Translations under genes and position numbers: made by a program
Shown: positions 18,498-26,363 of the stretch, piece by piece
How the letters are laid out: each line of letters opens with the position of its first letter
How positions within the stretch are numbered: position 1 is the stretch's first letter
Notes under the pieces: model-generated
Databases searched by the model: none
What the model was told of the DNA's origin: nothing
What the model saw: only the letters and a program-made list of their open reading frames with translations
From: Acidothermaceae bacterium
GTDB lineage: Bacteria; Actinomycetota; Actinomycetes; Acidothermales; Acidothermaceae
NCBI GenBank assembly: GCA_036510735.1
Contig: DATCDK010000240.1
Span: 3,113 to 67,112, forward strand
DNA length: 64,000 nt
Reading direction: 5' to 3'

Positions 18498-19607
18498 GTG
18501 GCGGTCGAGATCACCGCGGCCGTTGTCGAGGCGCAGGACAAGCCATTCGAGATGCAGACTCTCGAGATTGATGAGCCTGGCCCCGGTGAGGTGCTTGTTC
18601 GTCTCGTTGCGACCGGCGTTTGCCACACCGACGGGCTCGCGCGCCACGGCGACTTACCGTTTCCCTTTCCTGGCGTGCTCGGCCACGAAGGCGCGGGTAC
18701 AGTCGACGCAGTAGGCCCTGGCGTCACGGAGTTTGCGGCTGGCGACCGAGTTGTCATCGGCTGGCCGTCATGCGGAAACTGCCGCAACTGCCAGGCGGGT
18801 GAGCCCCGCTACTGCCAGCATCTCGGCGAGCTGCTGGTCGGTGGCACTCGACGCGGCGGCGAGCCGGCGTTGCATCGTACCGACGGGGCACCGATCCATA
18901 GCCACTTCTTTGGACAGTCATCGTTCGCCACCTACGCGTTGACCACATCACGCTCACTTGTCGCCGTCCGACCTGATGTTCCGTTGGAGATGATGGGTCC
19001 GCTCGCGTGTGGAGTATCAACGGGTGCGGGTGCAGTGTTCAACACTGCTCGACCGACACCGGGATCGACTTTGGTGGTGTTCGGTGTCGGCACCGTGGGA
19101 CTTGCCGCGATCATGGCCGCGCGCAACTCGCCCGCGACGAAAATCATCGCTGTTGACCGCCACGAGTGGCGCCTCGAACTTGCATCCGAACTCGGCGCAA
19201 CGCACGTCATCAACGTCAACACTGATGACCCGTTGGCGGCGATTGCCTCCATCTGTGGCGGCCCCGCCGACTACGCGTTGGAGTGCACGGGCGTCATCGA
19301 CATCGTCAGGCAAGCGGCCGACTGCATCGGCATGCTTGGCACGTGCATCCTGATCGGTGGCGCGCCGGCAGCGGCGGAGTTCAGCCTTGACCACCTGTCG
19401 ACCTTGTGGGGAAAGCGAATCGTCGGCGTTCTCGGTGGTGGCGGGCGCAGTGCAGAACTCATAGGTGGACTGATCGACCTCTACGCGTTGGGCAGGTTTC
19501 CCCTCGATCGCCTCGTCACGTACTTCGAGCTTGACGAGGTCGAGGCGGCGTTGGCGAAGTCTTACGACGGATCCGTCATCAAGCCCATCCTGCGAATGCC
19601 GAGCTGA
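18498..19607 (+). CDS. Zn-dependent aryl-alcohol dehydrogenase (XylB/benzyl-alcohol dehydrogenase-like)
   Basis: GTG 18498 behind AAGGGA; the ORF track extension to 18348 overlaps the ALDH. Motifs GVCHTDGLARHG, GVLGHEGAGTV, CGNCRNCQAGEPRYC and VVFGVGTVGLAA. Confidence 0.85.
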   Translation: MAVEITAAVVEAQDKPFEMQTLEIDEPGPGEVLVRLVATGVCHTDGLARHGDLPFPFPGVLGHEGAGTVDAVGPGVTEFAAGDRVVIGWPSCGNCRNCQAGEPRYCQHLGELLVGGTRRGGEPALHRTDGAPIHSHFFGQSSFATYALTTSRSLVAVRPDVPLEMMGPLACGVSTGAGAVFNTARPTPGSTLVVFGVGTVGLAAIMAARNSPATKIIAVDRHEWRLELASELGATHVINVNTDDPLAAIASICGGPADYALECTGVIDIVRQAADCIGMLGTCILIGGAPAAAEFSLDHLSTLWGKRIVGVLGGGGRSAELIGGLIDLYALGRFPLDRLVTYFELDEVEAALAKSYDGSVIKPILRMPS

Positions 19608-19608
19608 C

Positions 19609-20400
19609 TCACTGGTGTTCGGCGGTGAGTCGCTGACGTCGCAGGCCCTCAGCTATTGCGGCGGCTGCTGCCCTCATCGGCGGCACCGACTCGGTGATCC
19701 GCGGGCTGGTCAGCGGCGCGATCACGGCGACCGCAGCGACAACGCTGTCGCCGTCAACGAATACAGGCACGGCCAACGACGAGACCCCGAGCCGATGCTC
19801 CTGCGCGCTGCGCGCGACTCCCGTGCGCCGAACTTCGACAAGTTGGCGGCGGAGCACTCGTGGGTCGGTATTCGTGAACGGCGTGTGCTGCGTCAGTGCG
19901 GCCATCACCTCACTGACGACGTCGTCGCTCGCGTAACCGAGCAACGCCTTGCCGACCGCTGTGCAATGCAACGGGAGGAGCGCTCCGGGTCGATGCCGGG
20001 TTGAAACAGTCCGCGTGCCAGACAGACGCTCGACGACCATCGCACGCGATCCCTCGAGCACGGCAAGGTGCACGGTGTGGCCTGTTGCTGCGACTAGGTC
20101 TTGCAGATGCGGCTGGGCAACTTCGCGCAGTGTCGTTGGAGCTGAGAGCAGCCCGAGACGCCAGAGCCGGGCACCGATCGAGTACGCGCCGTCCGGGCTT
20201 CGGGTCACCAGCCGCGCGCCGACGAGCTCGGCAACGAGTCGGTGCGCAGTCGGCAGCGGCAGCTGCGCGCGCTGACCGATCTGCGACAGCGTCAAGCTCG
20301 GGTGGCTCTCGTCGAACGCGCCGAGGACAAACAGCGTCCGGCCGGCCGCCGACCGTGCGTCATCGCTTCGCCGTGCCGTCACCGCGTCCTCCCGTTCCAT
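19609..20400 (-). CDS. IclR family transcriptional regulator, divergent from the kinase/carboxylase operon
   Basis: ATG 20400, 263 aa. HTH LTLSQIGQRAQLPLPTAHRLVAELV plus an effector domain (LPLHCTAVGKALLG, AVAVIAPL). Confidence 0.85.
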   Translation of the reverse strand: MEREDAVTARRSDDARSAAGRTLFVLGAFDESHPSLTLSQIGQRAQLPLPTAHRLVAELVGARLVTRSPDGAYSIGARLWRLGLLSAPTTLREVAQPHLQDLVAATGHTVHLAVLEGSRAMVVERLSGTRTVSTRHRPGALLPLHCTAVGKALLGYASDDVVSEVMAALTQHTPFTNTDPRVLRRQLVEVRRTGVARSAQEHRLGVSSLAVPVFVDGDSVVAAVAVIAPLTSPRITESVPPMRAAAAAIAEGLRRQRLTAEHQ

Positions 20401-20428
20401 CAGGTGGAGAACGCCACTCTAAAGGGAA

Positions 20429-20445
20429 CTTCCACATCGTGGAAG
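20429..20445. promoter_or_regulatory. Perfect 17-bp palindrome CTTCCAC-ATC-GTGGAAG, candidate IclR operator
   Basis: 7-bp perfect arms in the 115-bp divergent intergenic region between the IclR gene (20400) and the operon start (20516). Confidence 0.4.
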
Positions 20446-20515
20446 GATCGCCTGACACCGCTCCCGCCAGGGGCCACGCTGAGCCCGAAAAGCCGAGCAG
20501 AGGGGACGACGCGTG

Positions 20516-22192
20516 ATGGCAGCGAGCAGGTATGACGCCGTCGTCGTGGGCGGGGGCCACCACTCGACGATCATCGCGCCCTACCTCGCACGCGCCGGCA
20601 TGTCGGTCGCCGTCTTCGAAGCGTCAGGGCGCCTCGGCGGAGCTGCGCTGAGCGGGCCCGGGCCAGCGCGGGGCTACACCATGAATCACTACTCGCATTG
20701 GACCCGCTTTTACTCCCATCCCGCCTACCGTGACTTCGACCTGCGCGCAGAAGGCTTGCAGTACGTCTTCCCCGAAGGTAACGAAGCGATGGTGTTCGAC
20801 GACGGCACTGCTTTCGTCGGGTGGTCGGCCAGTCGCGTCGTCGACGAATCCGGTTCGCAACAGCCCTGGGACGAGGGTCTTCGACGTACCGAAGCGGCCA
20901 TCAGAAGGTTCTCCGGCGTCGATGCCGACACGTACGTGCGGTTCCACGAGGCCTACGTCAAGGACTGGAAAGCGGCATTCGGACGGCACCGTTTCACCGC
21001 ACCAACTCCGTGGAGCACACCCGATCCGCTCGAGTCGCTGATGCGCGAAGGCGGCGTCATCGAGCCTGTGCACCAGTTCATGAGCGCGCGTCAGCTCGCG
21101 TACGATTTCTTCGAATCCGACGAACTCCGCACCCTCTTCATGCGAGCTGCAACGACCTCGACCGGCGCATTCCCTGACGACGTCATCGGGCTGCAAGGAC
21201 TCGTGCACGTTCTCGCATTGACGCTCTCGCTCGAACCGGCGGCGATAGCCGTTGGTGGCACCGGCGCCGTGACCGACGCGCTGGTCAGTGCGGGCCGGCG
21301 TCGCGGCGTCGAGTACTACACGCACGAGCCGGTCGCTGCGATTGTTCGGGGCGGAACCCGCGCCACCGGGATTCGGTTGGCAAGCGGAAGCGTGGTGTCC
21401 GCCGACCTGGTCATCAGCGGGCTCGGGGCGCCGCAAACGATCCTCGATCTCCTGTCTGACCTGCCGCTACCGCAGCGCGTCGCGCATCGGCTCCGCAATA
21501 TTCACTTCGACCGCGGTCAGTTGATCTGGATGAACGTCGCGGTTCACGAACTGCCCGACTACTCGGCTGCGAACAGTGACGCGGCAGTCGGCGAGCAGCC
21601 GCGGCTGTATTGGGGGCCTAAGGACCCCGACTGGCTTGCGACGAGGTACCAGGCCGAGATCATGACCAAGGGCTACTCGAGCCGATCGTTCGCGTTCTCT
21701 TCCGCCGACACCATTTGGGATCGATCGCGCGCCCCGGTCGGCGAACATCTCGTCGGTCTGGAGGAGTTCACGGCGCCCTTGCGACTGTTCGGTCGCGACG
21801 ACTGGAAGCGAATCGAACAGGAGGCTGTCGACACGATCATCGAACAGTGGCAGCGATACGCGCCGAATATGACGCGCGAGAATATTGCGTCCATTCATGT
21901 CGCGATGCCGCGCGACATCTTCGCGACACATCCGGACATGGCGGAAGGCGGGTATAGCCAGGGCAGCACAATCGCGAGCCAGCTCGGTCGCTTCCGCCCG
22001 ATCCCGGAGCTCTCGTCATACCGATCCGTGCTCGAGAACCTGTACATGTGCTCGTCGAGCATGCATTCCGGATCCGGCATCGGTCGTGGCAGCAGCCTTA
22101 ACTGCTGGCGGGCCATCGCGACTGATCTCGGGCTCGATGCCGAGGCCGACCTGCGCGCCACGACTTCCGCCGACGCTATCGGTCAATCGTGA
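20516..22192 (+). CDS. FAD-dependent oxidoreductase, phytoene-desaturase (CrtI)/amine-oxidase-like family
   Basis: ATG 20516 (GTG 20513 in the track). N-terminal dinucleotide fold YDAVVVGGGHHSTIIAPYLARAGMSVAVFEASGRLGG. C-terminal LYMCSSSMHSGSGIGRGS is typical of CrtI-like enzymes. Confidence 0.85.
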   Translation: MAASRYDAVVVGGGHHSTIIAPYLARAGMSVAVFEASGRLGGAALSGPGPARGYTMNHYSHWTRFYSHPAYRDFDLRAEGLQYVFPEGNEAMVFDDGTAFVGWSASRVVDESGSQQPWDEGLRRTEAAIRRFSGVDADTYVRFHEAYVKDWKAAFGRHRFTAPTPWSTPDPLESLMREGGVIEPVHQFMSARQLAYDFFESDELRTLFMRAATTSTGAFPDDVIGLQGLVHVLALTLSLEPAAIAVGGTGAVTDALVSAGRRRGVEYYTHEPVAAIVRGGTRATGIRLASGSVVSADLVISGLGAPQTILDLLSDLPLPQRVAHRLRNIHFDRGQLIWMNVAVHELPDYSAANSDAAVGEQPRLYWGPKDPDWLATRYQAEIMTKGYSSRSFAFSSADTIWDRSRAPVGEHLVGLEEFTAPLRLFGRDDWKRIEQEAVDTIIEQWQRYAPNMTRENIASIHVAMPRDIFATHPDMAEGGYSQGSTIASQLGRFRPIPELSSYRSVLENLYMCSSSMHSGSGIGRGSSLNCWRAIATDLGLDAEADLRATTSADAIGQS

Positions 22193-22932
22193 TGACGACC
22201 AAAGACCTCGATGGATCGCGGGTACTCGTTACTGGTGCCGCGCGCGGCATCGGCCGCGCCGTCGTGCGTCACCTCGTCGACTCCGGAGCATTGGTGTTCG
22301 CGGTCGACATCGACACTGCTGGCCTTGAACAGGCCTTCAGCCAGACCACCGTGTGTACCCGAACCTGCGACGTGTCCGACGAGGTACAGGTTGCGCAGGC
22401 CGTGGCAGGCGCCGCTGAAAAGCTCGGCGGACTCGACGGTGTCGTCAATAGTGCCGCCATCGTCGCGGTGACCCGCAAATCCGCGGAACACGTCGGGGTC
22501 TACGAGTTCAACCAGGTCATGGCCGTGAACGTGCGTGGACCGTGGCTCATCTACCGTGCCGCACTGCCGGTCCTCGCCGCCGCCGGTGGTGGCAGCGTGG
22601 TGAACCTGGCCAGCGAAGTCGCCTACAGCGGCTCGACGAACCTCGCGCACTACGTTGCTAGCAAGGCGGCGGTCGTCGGCCTGACCCGGGCACTGGCTCG
22701 CGAGGCTGGCGCCAACAAGGTTCGAGTCAACGCGGTCGCACCAGGATTCACCGATACCGAAGGCGCCCGGGCAATCGGCGACCCAGACAGTTACGACACG
22801 ACCACGACCCCACTCGGACGCGTCGGCTATCCAGACGACGTCGTGGGGGCGGTGGCTTTTCTGCTGTCCGCGGCGAGTGCCTTCATTACCGGTCAGGTGT
22901 TGCTCGTCAACGGCGGCCGCGTCATGGCATGA
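22192..22932 (+). CDS. Short-chain dehydrogenase/reductase (SDR)
   Basis: ATG 22192 (TGATG overlap) or GTG 22189 (GTGA overlap). Motifs VLVTGAARGIGRA and catalytic YVASK, with C-terminal ITGQVLLVNGG. Confidence 0.85.
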   Translation: MTTKDLDGSRVLVTGAARGIGRAVVRHLVDSGALVFAVDIDTAGLEQAFSQTTVCTRTCDVSDEVQVAQAVAGAAEKLGGLDGVVNSAAIVAVTRKSAEHVGVYEFNQVMAVNVRGPWLIYRAALPVLAAAGGGSVVNLASEVAYSGSTNLAHYVASKAAVVGLTRALAREAGANKVRVNAVAPGFTDTEGARAIGDPDSYDTTTTPLGRVGYPDDVVGAVAFLLSAASAFITGQVLLVNGGRVMA

Positions 22933-22984
22933 CGCCCAACAACTTCTAAGACCACAACGATTGCTCAGCCACGAGGAGACCGTC

Positions 22985-24829
22985 ATGACGTTAACCGAGG
23001 ACAGCACTTCAGTTCGCCGCTTCCCCGACCCGTACAGCATTCCAACGCCGGACGGCGCGCAGGGCTGGGAAGACATGTATCCGTACTACAACCGATTCCT
23101 CGAATCGCGCCGCGACCGCGACTCCAAGCGAACCTGGTTCCGCAACGGCATGCACTTCCCCGAGCCGATGCCGCCCTTCGACATCGTGACGTCAGATAGT
23201 GCCTTCATGAGCACCGGAGTGATGAACACCCGCGTCTTCGCGCTGCCGCCAGCGCTCGGCATCGATGTGCGCGTGCTCAACGGCTACGTCTACATGTCCG
23301 CCAATGGCGTCGAGAATCCGGAGGAGATCGGGCACCGCGCCGAGGAGTTCGCGGTGCGCGTCGGGTACTACTACCAGAACTGGCCGGACATCTACGCGAA
23401 GTGGGAAGCGAAGGTCAGAGCCGAGATCGCGAAGCTGCAAGCTGTCGCGATTCCTGCGCTTGGGGAATTCGAGCCGGTCGAAGATGTGCTCGCCAACCGG
23501 GGAGTGACGTCGTCGAACGATTTTCTCGTCGCGTACCAGGCGATCCTCGCGTCGCTTGACGCGGCCTGGAACCTGCACAGCGAGTTGCTCAACATGGGCT
23601 ACGCGGCTTACCTGAACTTCCTGATGATCCTCCGCGGTCATTTTCCGGAGATCAGCGACCAGTCGGTAGCGAAGATGGTCAGTGGCGTCGAAGTCTTGCT
23701 GTTCCGCCCGGACGACGAACTGAAGAAGCTGGCCGCGCTGGCGATAGAGCTTGATGTGACAGGACGATTCGCAGCGGGCCGGCTCGAGTCGTTGCGCGCC
23801 GACCTTGCCGAATCGGGAGCCGGCCAAAAGTGGAATGCGGCCTACGACGAATCGGCCGATCCCTGGTTCAACTTCTCCTACGGCAACGGGTTCTACCATC
23901 ACCATCGGAGCTGGAGCGACGACCCGACCTTCCCGCTGACGATCATCGCTGAATACATCGGGCGGCTGCAAAAGAACGAGGACCTGAGGCGGCCGCTGGA
24001 AGCTGTGAGCACCGAGCGCGACGCCGTGGTCGACCGCTACCGGTCGCTACTTGACGCGGACGACGTGCAGGCGTTCGACGAGGCGCTTGGCCTTTCTCGG
24101 GTCGTGTTCCCCTACGTCGAGAATCACAACTTCTTCATCGAACACTGGTACATGACCAAGTTCTGGAACAAGATGCGCGAGCTCAGTGAGGTCTTCGTTC
24201 GATTCGAGTTCTTCGCCGATGTCGACGACATCTTCTTCATGCGCCGAGCCGAAGTTGGCGACGCGCTGGTCGACGTCCAGATGTCCTGGTGTGGTGGCGG
24301 CGAACCCCTCGGTCCCGACTACTGGCCGAGCATTATCGAAGAACGTCGGCGCATTCACGCGGCACTCAAGCGATGGACGCCACCACCCGCATTGGGCCCG
24401 GCACCCGCCGAGATCGTCGAGCCAATGACGATCATGCTGTGGGGCATCACGGACGACCAGGTCAAGAGCTGGCTCGACGCGCAGAGCGGTGACGGCGTGG
24501 TCCGCGTGTTGTCGGGGTTCGCGGGCAGCCCTGGCGTAGCCGAAGGCCCGGCCCGCGTGGTCATGAGTCCGGGAGATCTCGACTTCCTTGTCGACGGCGA
24601 GATCCTGGTCGCACCGATTACGAGCCCCAGCTGGACGCCGGTGTTCGCGCGCATCAAGGGCGCAGTCAGCGACATCGGCGGGATCATGTGTCACGCGTCG
24701 ATCGTGTCGCGGGAGTACGGGTTGCCGGCAGTAGTCGGCACTGGCACGGCTACGGCGACGATCAAGACCGGGCAGATCATCAGGGTCGACGGCGACAAGG
24801 GGATCGTCACGATTCTTTCGGACTCATGA
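22985..24829 (+). CDS. PEP-utilising (swivel phosphohistidine) protein, phenylphosphate-synthase PpsA-like large subunit of a split dikinase
   Basis: ATG 22985 behind GAGGAG; the track extension to 22877 overlaps the SDR. 614 aa. The C-terminal mobile domain carries GGIMCHASIVSREYGLPAVVG (phospho-His motif). The roughly 500-aa N-domain is not a PEP/pyruvate TIM barrel, and the size matches Thauera PpsA as I recall it. Confidence 0.8.
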   Translation: MTLTEDSTSVRRFPDPYSIPTPDGAQGWEDMYPYYNRFLESRRDRDSKRTWFRNGMHFPEPMPPFDIVTSDSAFMSTGVMNTRVFALPPALGIDVRVLNGYVYMSANGVENPEEIGHRAEEFAVRVGYYYQNWPDIYAKWEAKVRAEIAKLQAVAIPALGEFEPVEDVLANRGVTSSNDFLVAYQAILASLDAAWNLHSELLNMGYAAYLNFLMILRGHFPEISDQSVAKMVSGVEVLLFRPDDELKKLAALAIELDVTGRFAAGRLESLRADLAESGAGQKWNAAYDESADPWFNFSYGNGFYHHHRSWSDDPTFPLTIIAEYIGRLQKNEDLRRPLEAVSTERDAVVDRYRSLLDADDVQAFDEALGLSRVVFPYVENHNFFIEHWYMTKFWNKMRELSEVFVRFEFFADVDDIFFMRRAEVGDALVDVQMSWCGGGEPLGPDYWPSIIEERRRIHAALKRWTPPPALGPAPAEIVEPMTIMLWGITDDQVKSWLDAQSGDGVVRVLSGFAGSPGVAEGPARVVMSPGDLDFLVDGEILVAPITSPSWTPVFARIKGAVSDIGGIMCHASIVSREYGLPAVVGTGTATATIKTGQIIRVDGDKGIVTILSDS

Positions 24830-25914
24830 CCTACATCAGGCGCTTCGGCGACCTGAGGCTCACCGATCGCCCTGACGTGGGCGGTAAGTGCGCCAGCCTC
24901 GGCGAGCTGATTCATGCCGGGATAGAGGTTCCCGACGGGTTTGCTGTCACGGCCGGCGCGTTCGAGGCCTTCAGGGATCAGGGCTCGTTGCGGGACGATC
25001 TCAAGCGCATTGTGCGCTCGGTCGACCCGAGCCGATCCAGCGATCTCGACGCTGCCCACACGGCGGCATCCGAACTCGTCGCGGCGACGCCGATACCGCA
25101 AGAGGTCGTTGATCAGATCGTGGCTGCCTACGGCGAGTTGTGCGAGGCCGCGGGCGACGAGGCGCTCCCCGTCGCCGTCCGGTCGTCCGGCATTTCAGAA
25201 GACGGTGACGTGACGAGCTTTGCCGGCCAGCAGGAGACCTACTTGTGGGTGGTGGGCGCGCACGACGTGATCGACAACGTCCGCGCGTGCTGGGCAAGTC
25301 TCTACACACCGCAGGCCATTGCCTACCGCTCCCAACTCCCCGAGGAGGTGGCGTTCGAATCGACGTTGATCTCCGTTGGCGTGCAGGCGATGGTCGACGC
25401 GGAGGTAGCGGGCGTCGCCTTCACCGTGAGCCCGCGAACCGGCGACCGGTCGGTTATGGCGATCAACGCAAGCTGGGGCCTGGGGCAAGCCGTCGTGTCC
25501 GGCGAAGTGACGCCAGACGAATACTGGCTGTCGAAGATCGGTCTCGACGTGACCAGCAGCACGGTCGCTCGCAAGACGATGCAGTGCGTCCCGTCGACAA
25601 CAGGTCGAGGTGTCATCACGATTCCGGTGCCCGACGATCAGCAGGACGTCGCGTGCCTGGCGCCTGAGTCGATCCGCGAGCTGGCGGACATCGCGATTCG
25701 GGTCGAGCAGCACTACGGCTGCCCGCAAGACATCGAATGGGCGAGGACGCGCGCCACGAACGGCAGGCCGGCGCGGATCGTGCTGTTGCAGTCGCGGCCC
25801 GAAACGAGCTGGAAGAAGCGACAGGCTGAATCGAGAGCAAAGACGGGATCCAGTGCCGCGGCTTCGTACCTTTCCGTGATCCAGAACGCGGGAACGGGAG
25901 TGCGCAAAGCGTGA
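24826..25914 (+). CDS. PPDK_N/ATP-grasp nucleotide-binding subunit, phenylphosphate-synthase PpsB-like
   Basis: ATG 24826 with an ATGA overlap with the previous gene. MTYIRRFGDLRLTDRPDVGGKCASLGELIHAGIEVPDGFAVT is the PEP-synthase N-terminal VGGKxASLGE motif. 362 aa. Confidence 0.8.
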   Translation: MTYIRRFGDLRLTDRPDVGGKCASLGELIHAGIEVPDGFAVTAGAFEAFRDQGSLRDDLKRIVRSVDPSRSSDLDAAHTAASELVAATPIPQEVVDQIVAAYGELCEAAGDEALPVAVRSSGISEDGDVTSFAGQQETYLWVVGAHDVIDNVRACWASLYTPQAIAYRSQLPEEVAFESTLISVGVQAMVDAEVAGVAFTVSPRTGDRSVMAINASWGLGQAVVSGEVTPDEYWLSKIGLDVTSSTVARKTMQCVPSTTGRGVITIPVPDDQQDVACLAPESIRELADIAIRVEQHYGCPQDIEWARTRATNGRPARIVLLQSRPETSWKKRQAESRAKTGSSAAASYLSVIQNAGTGVRKA

Positions 25915-26363
25915 GCAGTGACGCGTTGCCGAGTTGGCAGGATCTGCTTGCCCTCGTCGAGCATCTCGAGACCACTGACTTCGAGGATTTCGTCGTCGAG
26001 ATGCCCGGCCTCACCATTCGTGTGTCACGCCGTGGTCTCCCAGATGCAGTAGCCGTCATTCCAGCCGCGGTCATGCCGCCCGCCGGAGCCGATGAGCAGG
26101 TTGTACAACCAGGCGGTGTCGAGATCACCGCTCCGATCGTCGGCCTGTTCTTCCGACGACCGGCGCCGGACCAACCGCCTTTCGTTGACGTCGGGAATGA
26201 CGTCACCGTCGGTGCGACGATGGCGATCATCGAGGTCATGAAGATGATGGTGCCCGTCGAGGCGACTGTCGCCGGACGGATCGTCGCCGTGCTCGCGGAA
26301 GACGGCGACATGGTCGAGTCCGGCCAGCCGTTGTTCGTCGTCGACGCTAGCGGCGTCACATGA
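25911..26363 (+). CDS. Stand-alone biotin carboxyl carrier protein (AccB-like)
   Basis: GTG 25911 with a GTGA overlap. 150 aa. Biotinyl-lysine motif AIIEVMKMMVPVEA within a biotin/lipoyl-attachment fold (ITAPIVGLFF, GDMVESGQPLFVV). Confidence 0.85.
   Translation: MSSDALPSWQDLLALVEHLETTDFEDFVVEMPGLTIRVSRRGLPDAVAVIPAAVMPPAGADEQVVQPGGVEITAPIVGLFFRRPAPDQPPFVDVGNDVTVGATMAIIEVMKMMVPVEATVAGRIVAVLAEDGDMVESGQPLFVVDASGVT

Noticed and set aside
22877-22984. 36-codon N-terminal extension of the PpsA-like ORF overlapping the SDR gene
   Set aside because: ATG 22985 has a GAGGAG SD at proper spacing, and the extension overlaps the SDR C-terminus in another frame.
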